NCBI RefSeq assembly: GCF_018977255.1 | Contig: NW_024704761.1 | Coordinates: 12,090,001 to 12,154,000 of the forward strand | Origin: Callorhinchus milii | Lineage: Eukaryota | Length of the DNA stretch: 64,000 nt | Reading direction: 5' to 3' | Shown: positions 1-54,700 of the stretch, in pieces | Layout: each line of letters opens with the position of its first letter | Numbering within the stretch: position 1 is the stretch's first letter | Notes under the pieces: generated by a model | What the model was told of the DNA's origin: nothing | Seen by the model: the letters and a program-made list of their open reading frames with translations, nothing else | Databases searched by the model: none | Made by a program: the position numbers and the translations under genes

Positions 1-140
1 GGCTAAAGACCTTTTTGATCGTGCTTACGGTCACCCCCCCCCCCCCTCCATCCCCTGGCTTGGGGTCAGACTCTGCCATTGTCAAGTGCTCTGGGATGCT
101 ACCCTGCGTGAAGGACGCTATAGAAATGCTTGTTGTTTTT
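1..140 (+). mobile_element. L2 LINE 3' end fragment
   Basis: LKT(x)LFD-type end plus (TTG)n tail shared with the other L2 copies. Confidence 0.65.
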
Positions 141-1511
141 GTACCTACGTTTTAGCGATGCCTCAGTCAGTAGTTGGAAGAACACTGGCATTAGTCAATT
201 AAACTAAATAAATGTTAATGGAGAGAGAAATTAGATTATAAACACATGTATAAATGCTATGAACTAGGGGAATTCAAATCTCAGAATTAATCTTGCAAAA
301 GTTCATAAATGGCTTGACATTGAATGAAAGTGTTTAAGAATGATATGACTGAGTCGGTTAGTAACTCGGGCATAGATTAAAAACTTCAGAAAGGTATTGT
401 GTTTAATAATCATTTATTTTGATGCCGATACCTAATGCCGACTAACAAATTTCCTCCACATGAGACATTGTACATCCTATTCGAAAGGTCTGCTTCCCTG
501 AATATGTGGGAATACAGACCAGTTGATTCCCTATTGATTTACCTGAAAGACCGTTCATGTTGGAGCTTTAGGGCACTTTAGTCTATGTGATCTTGCTGAT
601 AAGTATCAATATATATGATAATGTGAAATGTAAAATGTCAGTTGTAGCCCAAGTCTGACTAGAAACAATGTACCTGTAGCATCCTTGAAATTTACAGCTA
701 GTATTTGATAATAAGGAATGTTAATGGGACTCCGGCACAGCTGGAATAGTACAGCAGGCTGGTAGAGCTGGAGATAGTACTATAAGATTGTACCAATTTG
801 AACCTGATTTTGCTAAAGTGTTCCCTTTGTGTTGATTAGACATCTTTTCAATATACTCAATAATGAAGGGATGTGGACAAAGAGTGCAGTGTGATCTGAC
901 TAGAATCAGCTGTCTAGTGATCTGCACAGAATCTTGAGGTTTATTTGGTACTGTTTGTTCCTGCAGGATATCAGAGTTTCTATTCAATATAATCTATGGT
1001 TTTGAAGGAACTAAAAATAACGTGATTAAGCCCAGAGGCCATTGTATTATTGGTCAGTGAAGACAGTCATGTGAGTCGCCTTCTGTTGAGTCAAATGATG
1101 TCTGCTGGAGCCTGAGATTGTGTTGATCACTGAAGTGAAAGTGAATTGTCCTAAGGAGTAGAAGCAATATTTAGAATGTAATCACAAGACTCCCAATGAA
1201 GTCTTTGTATCTAGGTTGGCCTGCCAAAATGTTACTGTCCTCATTACTCTATACGATCTGTGCAATCCAATGCAATCTCCTACATTCTAGCCAGAACCAC
1301 CACCTTCTCATTCCAATTTACCACTTGAATACCATCATGTCCCTCTTCTCTGGAACTCTCTTCCAAATTCACTTGCTACCTCTGACCCAGCTTTTAAAAA
1401 CCTCTCACAATGCCTCGAACAGATTCATTGCCCCTGGAATGCTCCAGTGCTTTGCCTTGGTGATACCTGACATTTCAGCTGTTTTAATATTGAGTATGTC
1501 CTCTCTTGTAG

Positions 1512-44475
<42,964 letters not shown>

Positions 44476-47400
44476 GCACCACAAGGTCACAAAGTGACAC
44501 GCAAACATGCATGGGTTCTTTTGTTTTTGTTTTGTTTTATTCCACCACAGAGTGTTTGAACTGTCCTACCCCAAGACCCTTCCGGTATGTGGTGAAGCTC
44601 GGAGCAGGATGTACTGAGCTGCTGTTCTGTCCCAGTCCTTTCTCCAGGGTTTCCCAACTGCCAAGAGATAGCGCTTGCAGAGCATAGTCACTTCAAAGAA
44701 CATAGGCTGCCTTAGTAATCAACACGTGTTAGTTCTTTAGGATTATTATACTAACACTATTCTAAAGAACTAACTTGTATTTGCAATGATTATACAATCT
44801 ATTTATTTCTATGTGGGTGTTATCACGGTTACCAAAGGACATGAACCTCGCCTGATACTCTTGTACCTGTTCACTATGGAGCTACAGTCAGTCTTGTTCT
44901 GGCCCCGTGGTGTTAAGAGAGAGATGCATTGCCCCGCGTGGGGCCCCTTCACTTCCTTTTTTTAATGCAGTTTGTTAGAGATGGCTCTGGACACTCTGCC
45001 CACAGGGAAACACATAAAGTAACAACCTGAGCTGCACCTCAACCATTTTATACACTACTAAATGGCTTTTCTCTAACAAAAGTGTTTAATTTAATTGATC
45101 ATTTTGTTGAGCGGGAAGCCTTCATCTCTCTCCAGGCCTATTTTAAGGAAACACTTTTATGGTCTCTGTAATTTTTTGTAAGTTGACCTCTTAGACACTT
45201 TATCTTGTATTTTAATTGCCTCTGTAATTTGAAACTGAATGCTACGGCGTTGAATTTGCTCTCTGTTGAAAGCCAAGGCTTCGTTCTAGTGAGCGCAATA
45301 GCTCATATTGCAGTGTGGCCATTTCAGTATTTATTACCTATTAATGAACCTTTGTGGTTCAGAATGTAACTTTGTACAAGAAAAAAATATATATGTATAT
45401 CAAAAAGATGGTGACACTTTCCTTTCTTCCGTCGTGTGGCAAGCGCCCTGGCTCACGCTGTATGGCTGGGGATGCTCACTCACTGGCCAACCCAGGAACC
45501 TCATCTCATACCTCGTCAACACCAAGTCATCCAAGGACTTGTCCTCTTTCCAGCCTCGCTGTCCCTCATCATTGTTAAGCTTCAGCAACCCCATTAAAAA
45601 GCTGCATTGTTTCTGGCCAAATATGACTTATAAGTTATTGGTTTAATCCTAAAGTTTGTTGGCTGACAGGGGAGGTGGGACATCGCTTTCTTACACTTTC
45701 CCTACAGTTGAGGTAAATAGAAAATAGTATGGACTGCCTTTAACCACCTTGGACAGCAAGCTGCATGTGGCCTAAATGGAATCTAAGCCCCATTTGCTTG
45801 GCTTGTCCACAGCTACAGCCCTGCTGGAGGCAATTGCTGACCCGAGAAGGAGACTTGCCTTCTGCCAAAGCTTGCGCTCACTCAGGCAGTTAATTGCACA
45901 GACCAGGATATGTGCTCTGAGTAGAAATGGCTGCACTAGGTCACCAGAGGTAAGTGAACAGAATGTTACTGATGTTGATGTGATTATTGCCCTGTTGTTC
46001 CAGGTGTGGCCATCACCACTGGTGACTGTGCTTTCAGCCACTATGGCCTGAAACTCTTCCTCAATCCCTCTGCCTTCCCCATTTTCATGCCTGAAGAACT
46101 TCCTCTTCAACTTGGGGAGGACAAGTTTGCAGGGCTATGGGGATAGTGGGGTTGATTTGGGTAGTTTTTTTTGCCAAGAGCTGACACAGACGTGACAGAA
46201 TGACCTTCTGTTATAATTCTACGAGCCCTTCCCTGCCTCGGCGTCAGCCTCCACCACTGTTAGCGCTCTGAGATGTTTCCTTGCATGAAGGGCACTATAT
46301 AAATGCAAGTTGTTGTTGCCCTACTAAGACGTCTGCTCAACAGACCTGATCCAGGTGCTATATGAGAGCTCCTGTGCCGCTCGAGTGGAAGGATTTGTGC
46401 TCTAACTTGTGCAATATGGCTTTTGGGAATAAAATGTAAACACTTAAATATAGTTTTGATAAATTTGTGCAGTTAAGTGCAACATTGCTCAGATACAGAG
46501 TGAAGCTCTCTACTGCACCTGTATTTCATGTCCGTTGTATTCTGTGTCCTTGAGCATAACTGTCAATGTGCTGATAGGGTTAAGCAATCACCTGACTTAG
46601 AGTTTCCATTGGGGATCATTTGGTGCCAGGATCAGTATGGACTGCCCTTATCGACTGCCTGCATCTGACCACAATGTGGCACTGAGAGCAAGGTGATCTG
46701 CTAGTCTAGTGCTTGGGAATGGTGAGGAACAGAGGGCTGTTTGGCTGTGAAGCCTCTTCAACAACATTTTATGTATCATACATCTTTTAATCAAAATTCC
46801 CTAACTTTATTCCATAATCACTGAATACTCATAGTTCCCATGTATCATATGTGTCTTGCTATAAAACAATAAGTCTCCCTTCAATGGTTTAAATCTCTCA
46901 ACCAGATTACTCCTGGGAAACTGCTGCACATTGTACCCGGATGTTATGATTAGTTCATTGAGAGTCACGGTCTGTCTTTATAGACAGGAGGATGATGCTT
47001 TCATAGGAGTTGAGAGTTTACTATCTTAGCAATCCTGTAAAATAGGGGAAATGGCATCTGCGCTACTCTCTGCGGAGCCTGATGAAAACATGAAGATGGA
47101 GCATGTAATCTGGCCAGACACAGGCACTAAATCCAGCCGGTAATTGATTAAACTCACTTTAAGATCATGGTGGTGATTTATCTCTAAGCTTGAGACTGTG
47201 AGAAACGCAACAGAGCCTTAATAGTGCAATCGATTCACTTTCACATTAAGACTGGCCTGGTCCACACAAGCCTGGGCAAAAGTCACTGACTCTCATCAGG
47301 CCGTTCCCTGCTGCTGCTCAGCTCTGTGTCTGCTGACAGATTCACATGGCACATGGCTGATATCCAGACATGTTCTTGTGCAATGTGTGTGTGGCCATTA

Positions 47401-47690
47401 CCCTGGTTTCCGAACACCTGGACAAACTATTGGCTGTTCACTTTCTTACTTACAGAAATATTACTGGTGAGCGTCAGCTGTGTTAATTGGGCAGCTGCAG
47501 GAGGCTACTGTATTACCAGGATAATCTGCAGCTCAGGGCATCTGCTGCCAGTGGGGCTTCAGAAAAGTGAACGAGATTGATGGAGACCTTCTACCATCAG
47601 CCTTCATTACTAACTACACTTCTGCTGAAACCATAACCTCAATTTTGTAGGTCTATCATGCTGAATAAAGTGTTTTACTGTAATTACTGT
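44476..47690 (+). other. SPAG9 3' UTR with candidate polyA signals AATAAA at 46428 and 47664
   Basis: U-rich non-coding sequence after the stop; AATAAA at 47664 is followed by a GT/T-rich element. True end uncertain. Confidence 0.45.
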
Positions 47691-48342
47691 TGGGTGTCTT
47701 TTTGTACCAAACACGAACACCAATTTTGCCTCAGCACATTCCAAACACTTGGCCTTGAGATAAATGAGCAGTTAAACTGGAGGATAATTAAGTAATTAAT
47801 CCTTCCATTTGATTCAGCGCCTTTCGCATCAGGAGGATATCTCAAAAGAGCTTTACAGGATATACTGTAAAGCATAGTGACTGTTTTGTGGCACCCAATG
47901 TTTGCGTCAGCTGAGACTGAGCTCGAGTTCCTGATGGATTTGAACCCAGTGGTGAGAATGCTACCAGCTGAGCCAAGCTGATACAGGAAGAGACAGGGTG
48001 GGGGGTTCTGGAACTGCTCGGTCAGTAGAAAGCTTAATGTGAGGTGGGCTCTACAGTCTGCAGAAAATCAAAAAGTTAATTTAAAATAGTTTGTTTAATT
48101 CACAGAGTCAAACCGTGAAGTGCTTTGAGACATCCTGACACGAAAGGCGCTATATAAATGCAATGCAAAATGTGTAAATAACTGCAAATTAAGTGCTTGG
48201 AGTTTGGGTCTTTTATCACCAATTTTGACTATATAAATATTCCTTGTTTATCAGGACTGACTGATTCCAGATCTCGGGCTGCCTTTATGAGTGTGTGGTT
48301 TTTGGGTTTGTTGTTGGAGTGTAACTATGGCAAAGGCTGAGA

Positions 48343-48405
48343 ATGCGGAGCCTGGAAGCTGGGCTGTGTCCGTGTGACACCACACAGGCTGGGAGCACAG
48401 CAAAG
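48343..48405 (+). CDS. Candidate first exon of the WD40 gene (MRSLEAGLCPCDTTQAGSTAK), may be 5' UTR
   Basis: Strong donor AAG|gtgagt, phase 0 compatible with the acceptor at 50260; TATAAAT at about 48232. Confidence 0.35.
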
Positions 48406-48959
48406 GTGAGTGCTAATGTAATGGGAATCCAGGCAGCAGAGCATCATGGCCACAGCACGGATCGCATCAGGGCAGCAGCTGAGTGTGCCCGTTAGTTAGT
48501 CGTGCTGCAGTGAGCGAGTGAATGAATGTCGCTGTTTGTCCAGCAGCTGGGTGTGCGCAGGGAGTTCAGTCTTCAGCGCAGTCACTAGTTTTTAGTGGAT
48601 ATTCTAGGATTGATGCAACAGGAGCATCAATCATGCTAAGGGTTCAAGCCTCTTATCGGGTCATCTAGGCTGATGAGCGGGATTGTGGAGGGAGGTGGGC
48701 GAGTGCTGCATTGTGTGGATGCCATCCTTCATCCTTCAGATACATCAGTTCCTCGATGAGGGGGGTGGCAGACCTTGCTGTGAGCAGAATGGTTGCCTAC
48801 AAATATATAGTCACTACACTTGACAGCTGTCCCCCTGTGAAGCTCTTTAAGACACTATAAAGGCTATAAAAATACAAGCCTCTCTTTTTAATGCGGGCCA
48901 GGGTAGCCGGCAGCTGTTAGTCACAGGATGAAGTTTGAGGAAGTTACTTATTTTGCAAC

Positions 48960-49715
48960 AACGGCAGCAAAATTACATGTGTAAAGCGCCTTTCATGTCA
49001 GGAGGATGTCTCAAGGCGCTTGGGATGGGGGAGGATGGAAGGTGGGTAGGAGGAGGGAGGGTGACCGGAGGCACAGTCGAAGAGGAGGGTCTTGAGATGG
49101 GTCTTAAAGGAGGCATGGGAGGAGGCGAGGCGGAGGGACTGCGGGATGGAGTTCAAGAGGGTGGTAGCAGAAGGCCTTCCCGCTAATAATGGGGTGGGCA
49201 AGGCGGGGCATGTGAAGCAAGCCGGAGCCCGCTGAGTGGCGGGAGTGGGCAAGTTGGTAGGGGATTAGGAGGTGGCAGAGGTGGGGGGAGCAAGACCATG
49301 AACGGTTTTGAAGGTAAGGACCAGGATCTTGAACTGTATCCTCTGTGATGGGAACCCAGTGGGCAAGGATGGGGCAATAGGGTCATGGAGTCTGGTGCAG
49401 GAGAGGACACGGACACTATAGAAAGGATAGTTGAGCGTCAAACAAGACCCCAAGGTTCGGGACTGGCTTAGCAAGATGGAGTGTGATCCTTGGACGCTGA
49501 TGCTGTCAGGGCCTGAGATGAGGAGGCGCTGACGGGAGCCAATCAGGAGCCTCGGTCTTGTTGACGTTCAACTGAAGAAAGTTCGCTCCCATCCAGGACT
49601 TGATGTCTGACAGACGTTCTGTCAGGACAGCAGTGGGTCCTGGATCGAGGGTGGAGGCAGTGAGAGAGAGAGTTGGGTGTCATCAGCATACATGTGGAAA
49701 ATTGACCCTATGTCT
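48960..49715 (-). mobile_element. L2 LINE fragment
   Basis: [10 protein letters not shown] remnant (rc catcagcatacatgtggaa); FKTHLKTLLFD. Confidence 0.85.
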
Positions 49716-50259
49716 GCGGATGAATTGTGATCTTTGAGCACAACCCCAAGTGGTTATCAGTGACCTGCTGTCAATAAATAAACTGATGAAGAGTGAGCAC
49801 ATGTGAGCGTGACTGCAGTGTGTGTGTAAGCACAGTGTGTTAGTGTGAATGTGTATTAGAGCTGAACAATGCTGATCTGAGGTTAGATTAACACCTGGCC
49901 TTTCCTCGCAAGAAGACAGAATTTCCATTTTTACATTCAACCTGCACAGCACCGAACTCCCATCTCCTCTCACGCAGACTCACACACTCACTCTCCCCTC
50001 AGTCTGGCTGGCTCACTGCATCAGGCCGGCCCAGGCTGTGTTTTATGATCACCTTGTGACAAGAGTCTGGATGTTATAGATTACCTTTGTCTGTCAGCCT
50101 CATTCCAGGAACATTATGTTCATTAATGGCTGATTAATTATCTGGTTACAGAGCACCACACAACAAGCACATACTTGACCTGGGACAGGATGTGTGGATA
50201 CGAGGAAAAGTTCAACAAATCTTTCTCTCTGTCCCTGTCTCTCTCTGTGTCTGTCTCAG

Positions 50260-50457
50260 GGTAATCAGGCAGTGGCAGGGCTGAGGGCAGGCAAGCGGCT
50301 CAGTGACATGGACGACCCCAACTCGTGTGAGTCGTCGCCGCCGCTGCTGCTGCGGAGGAAAGTGCGACTCAGTAAAGACCATCATAGCATCTACGCTCTG
50401 CGCTTCTCAGCCGACAGCAAGCGGCTGGCTGTGGGCTTCGGCAACGGAGCCGTGCAG
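50260..50457 (+). CDS. WD40 gene exon (..MDDPN..SIYALRFSADSKRLAVGFGNGAVQ); ATG at 50308
   Basis: cag|GGT...CAG|gtaccc. Confidence 0.82.
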
Positions 50458-51735
50458 GTACCCGGGGGCAGGGAGGGAGGGGGCGCTGGTACCTGGGGGG
50501 AGGGAAGCAGTGGGCGCGGGTACTTGGGGGGCGAAAGGGCAAGTGGAACGGTTTCCACGGCTGTTTGTTTGTTTGTCTCTTTCAGCTACTGGAGGCCGAG
50601 ACAGGGGCAGTGCAGAGGGAGGTTTGCCAGGGACATCGCACCCAAGAAGCCGCCATGTGCATCTCGTTCCACCCGCTGCAGCCCAGCCTCCTGCTCGTGG
50701 GCAGCGCCGACGGGAACCTCAACATCTACGATTGGGAGCTGGGCTCCGAACCTGTCACTATCTCTGGTAAATGTGCCACACAGCATAGCATCTCATCATC
50801 ACTGCCTGGCACAGCGCTGAGCCCCACACAGCCCCCTCCCCATCTCTGCACTGAGCCCCACACAGCCCCCTCCCCATCTCTGCACTGAGCCCCACACAGC
50901 CCCCTCCCCATCTCTGCACTGAGCCCCACACAGCCCCCTCCCCACTCTGCACTGAGTGACTGTGAGAGTAACAGCAACTTGCATTTATATTGAGCTCCTT
51001 GCGCGGGGCAGTGACTCAGAGCTTCTTGACTGTGGGGGAGCACAACCCCAAGCTGCGGGGAGATGACCACAGCCACTGGTCGAAGAGGAAGGTCTTCAAG
51101 CACGACCTGAAGATGGGGAAGGAGGGGGAAATGGAGGGATTGAGGGAGAGAGTTCCAGGGTTTTGTGGCTGAAAGCGCAGCCACTAATGGTGGAATGGAG
51201 GACACCAGTGACGGGCTGGAGGCTGGAGGCTGGAGGCTGTCAAGTGGAGTCAGCGGGTAATGGATTGGGTAGTACACAGGTCGGAGAAGTAGGGGGGGAG
51301 TGTGGGGGGCGGTGGGGGAAGTGGAGTGCGGGGGGGGGGGGGGGGGAGGGGGCGGTTACTGTGTTGACGCTCTTGGGCTCTGAGAGGTTAACTGCTCAGG
51401 TTCTGCTTTTACTGCAGAAGAAAACAACGAGATCAATGCACTGGACTTCTCTCTGGACGGCGGCATTTTTGCCACAGCCGGAAAAGACAGGAGCATCCGA
51501 CTGTACGACAGCCTCACCAACCAGGTCCCAACACCGCGGGGAACCGCTCTGACCACACACCCCTCACTGAGCACAAGGACAGGAACCTCTCCGGGGAGTG
51601 TGGGGGGAGTCAGAGGGATTGGGATAAAAGAACTGCTAAATTCTAATGAAACTGCGGAGCCGCGGAGATGGGCTGAAAGGCTCGTCCTGTGTCTCTGCTC
51701 AGACTGTGCTCTGTGCTCTGACCGACACCGCCTTC

Positions 51736-51769
<34 letters not shown>

Positions 51770-54700
51770 GTCTCACTCTCCCTCTGTCTCTCTCACTCGC
51801 TCTCTTCCTGACTCTCTCGGTCTATCCTCACTCTCTCTCTGTCTGTCTCTCACTCTGTGTCTCTTTCTCTCTCTCTCCCTCTCTCTGTCTGTCCCTCTCA
51901 CTCTCTCTCTCTCTCTGACTCACTGTCTCTCACTCTCTCTCTGTCTCGTTCTCTCTCTCTCACTGTCTCTCTCTCTCTGTCTCTCTCTCAGGTGTGTAAT
52001 GTGTTTGAAGCCCCTGATGTCCGCTCCTGGGATGACCTGTCGCTGACCAGTGGCCACACCAAACGTATCTTTGCGCTGAGATTCCACCCGGAGGAGCACC
52101 ACACCTTCCTGACCGGAGGCTGGGACCGCGCCCTGAAGGTAAAGGCGGACTCAGCCCAGGACTGCGCTGCTCTCCCAACTCCCCCACACAGTGAGTGAGT
52201 GCAGCTCAGTCTCTCTCTCACACACACACACACAGTCTCACCCCCCCCCCCCCCCCCAGCCTGGCTCTGAGCCCCCCCCCCACCCCCCCCAGCCTGGCTC
52301 TGAGCCCCCCCCCCCCCAGCCTGGCTCTGAGCCACCCCCCCCCCCCCCCAGCCTGGCTCTGAGCCCCCCCCCCCCCCCCCAGCCTGGCTCTGAGCCCCCC
52401 ACCCCCCCCCCCCCCCAGCCTGGCTCTGAGCCCCCCACCCCCCCCCCCCAGCCTGGCTCTGAGCCCCCCACCCCCCCCCCCAGCCTGGCTCTGAGCCCCC
52501 CACCCCCCCCCCCAGCCTGGCTCTGAGCCCCCCCACCCCCCCCAGCCTGGCTCTGAGCCCCCCCCCCCCCCCCAGCCTGGCTCTGAGCCCCCCCACCCCC
52601 CCCCCCCCCCGGCTCTGAGCCACCCCCCCCCCCCCCCCCCCCCACCTTGTTTCTGGCATTAAAAGCTGTTCCTGTCTCTCACTCTCAGGTCTGGGACAAA
52701 CGGGCGGCAAAATCCGCTCAGCGCTCGATTGGGGGCCCACACATTTGTGGTGCCGGCATCGACATCCAGGTGAGTAGAGCCCTGTGCCCAGTGACGTGGT
52801 GCTGATCCGTGGTCTCGCTCCCCCCAACCTCTGCGACCTCCTAACCCCCACCAACTCCCTCCGCGCAGCGGGCTCTGGCCTGCTCCACGTCCCCCACCTC
52901 GCCATTGGTGATCGGGCCTTCAGCCACTCTGCCCCCAGCCTCCTGAACTCCATCCCGCAGTCCCTCTATCTCGCCCTCTCCCTTGCAACCTTCAAGACCC
53001 ATCTCAAGATCCTCCTCTTTGACCCCTCTTTCGATCTCCTGCTTCCCCCCTGTCCTCCCCTCTCCCCCCACCCCACTCCCGACCTCCAGCTCGGGTTCAA
53101 AAGTCTGACTGTCTAGGACCTTGGGACGTCCTCCCGATGTGAAAGGCGCAAAACACATGTAATGTTGTTGTCCTTCCCAAACACAGGGGAATTCTGTGGT
53201 GACGGCCTCCTGGGTGCCCAGTGAGGCGCTGCAGCTGTGGGACCTGCGGAGCCTCCGGGTGGAGAAGGTGCTGCGGTTCCCGACCAGCCTGAGCCAGGGA
53301 CAGTTCCTGTACACGGCCCGATTCTGCCACTCGGACTGTGTCCTGGCCGGAGGCAGCGGCACCAGCAGTGCCCACATCACCAACATCAATACCAACCAGG
53401 TCAGTGAGAACCACCCCTCCCCCCCAGAACCCTCCACACTCCCCCCTTCCCCCACTTCCCCCCCCCACCACCACACTCACCACCCCCCCCACATGCACAC
53501 AGGGGAAGTAATAGCTGCTCTTATTCCAATTTTCCCATTTCTAATTCCACCTGCAGCATTGCGGAATCATTAAGGTCACTTAAACTTCCCCCAGTCTCTG
53601 TCAGTCTCCCCCACCCCACAATCTCTATCAGTCACCCCCCACCCCAGTCTCTGTCTCTCTCCCGTGAGCTCCTCGGACTGAGTCTCTTGCGCTGTTGCTG
53701 AGGATCTCCACCAGGTGGCAGCCCTGCCCCACGGTCACTGACTTGACCACCTGATGCTCTGCCCACACTCGCCCACAAGTGTCTGCACTTGTGGCACATT
53801 TGAAACTTTGCCCTGTGACGTGTGTGTGAGAGTCACTGAGTGGCCTCTCCCAGCCTGACGTTTGATATTGTTTCTTATGCCAAGCGACTGAGACTCGTGA
53901 GGGACTCTATTATCGACCGTGCTTTCGATCTCCCTGCTTTCCCCCCGGTCCCCACCCTCCCCGACCCCCAGTTCGGGTCTGAAACTCTGTCCAGCGCCGT
54001 GGGACATCTTCCCGACATGAAAGGTGCTTTACAAATGTTATTTTGTTGTTGTTGTTGTATAAATGCAAGTTGTTGTTATCTTTTTGCTGTAAAGTGGAGT
54101 GACTGTGTATGCTGCAGCCAAACACAAGAGACAGTTTCTGCACAGCAATGTCCCACGACAGTCAAGTCATGAAGTGAATGACCAATTTTATGAGGGGAAC
54201 GGTTGGATCTTTAACATCCGCCTGAACAGACCACAGACAGGATCTTGGTTTAACATCTCACCTGAAGGACAGCATTTCCCACCCACAGCACTACCCTGGA
54301 TTGAGTTTAAAAGTCCCTGACATGGGGCTTGAACCCACAGCTGAGAGTGTGGAGACTGAGCCAGACAACCACAGACACACACACACACACACACACACAC
54401 AGGCAGGGTTTCAGACCTGTGCTCTCCTCCCACCGCCCCCACCCCTGATTCCCTCCCCCCCGGCCCCCTCCCCTCCCGGAGCACCTTAATAGTAAACCAC
54501 AAATATACAGTCAATTCACTTTATTTACAGCATATTCTGTGAAGCGCTTTGAGACATAGAGAAGACGTGGAAAGCGCGATATCAAATGCAAGGATTATTA
54601 TTATTATTAAACAGCATGTGTGAGGCGTGTGATGTGACACAGTCACATTTAGCCAGAAATCCCTGCTGAAACATTTCACATCTGCTCCCGTCTAATCAGG

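Noticed and set aside
51988-52953. 321-aa Gly-rich ORF on the minus strand, and similar ORFs at 56491-57196
   Set aside because: Translations of minisatellites antisense to the WD40 gene
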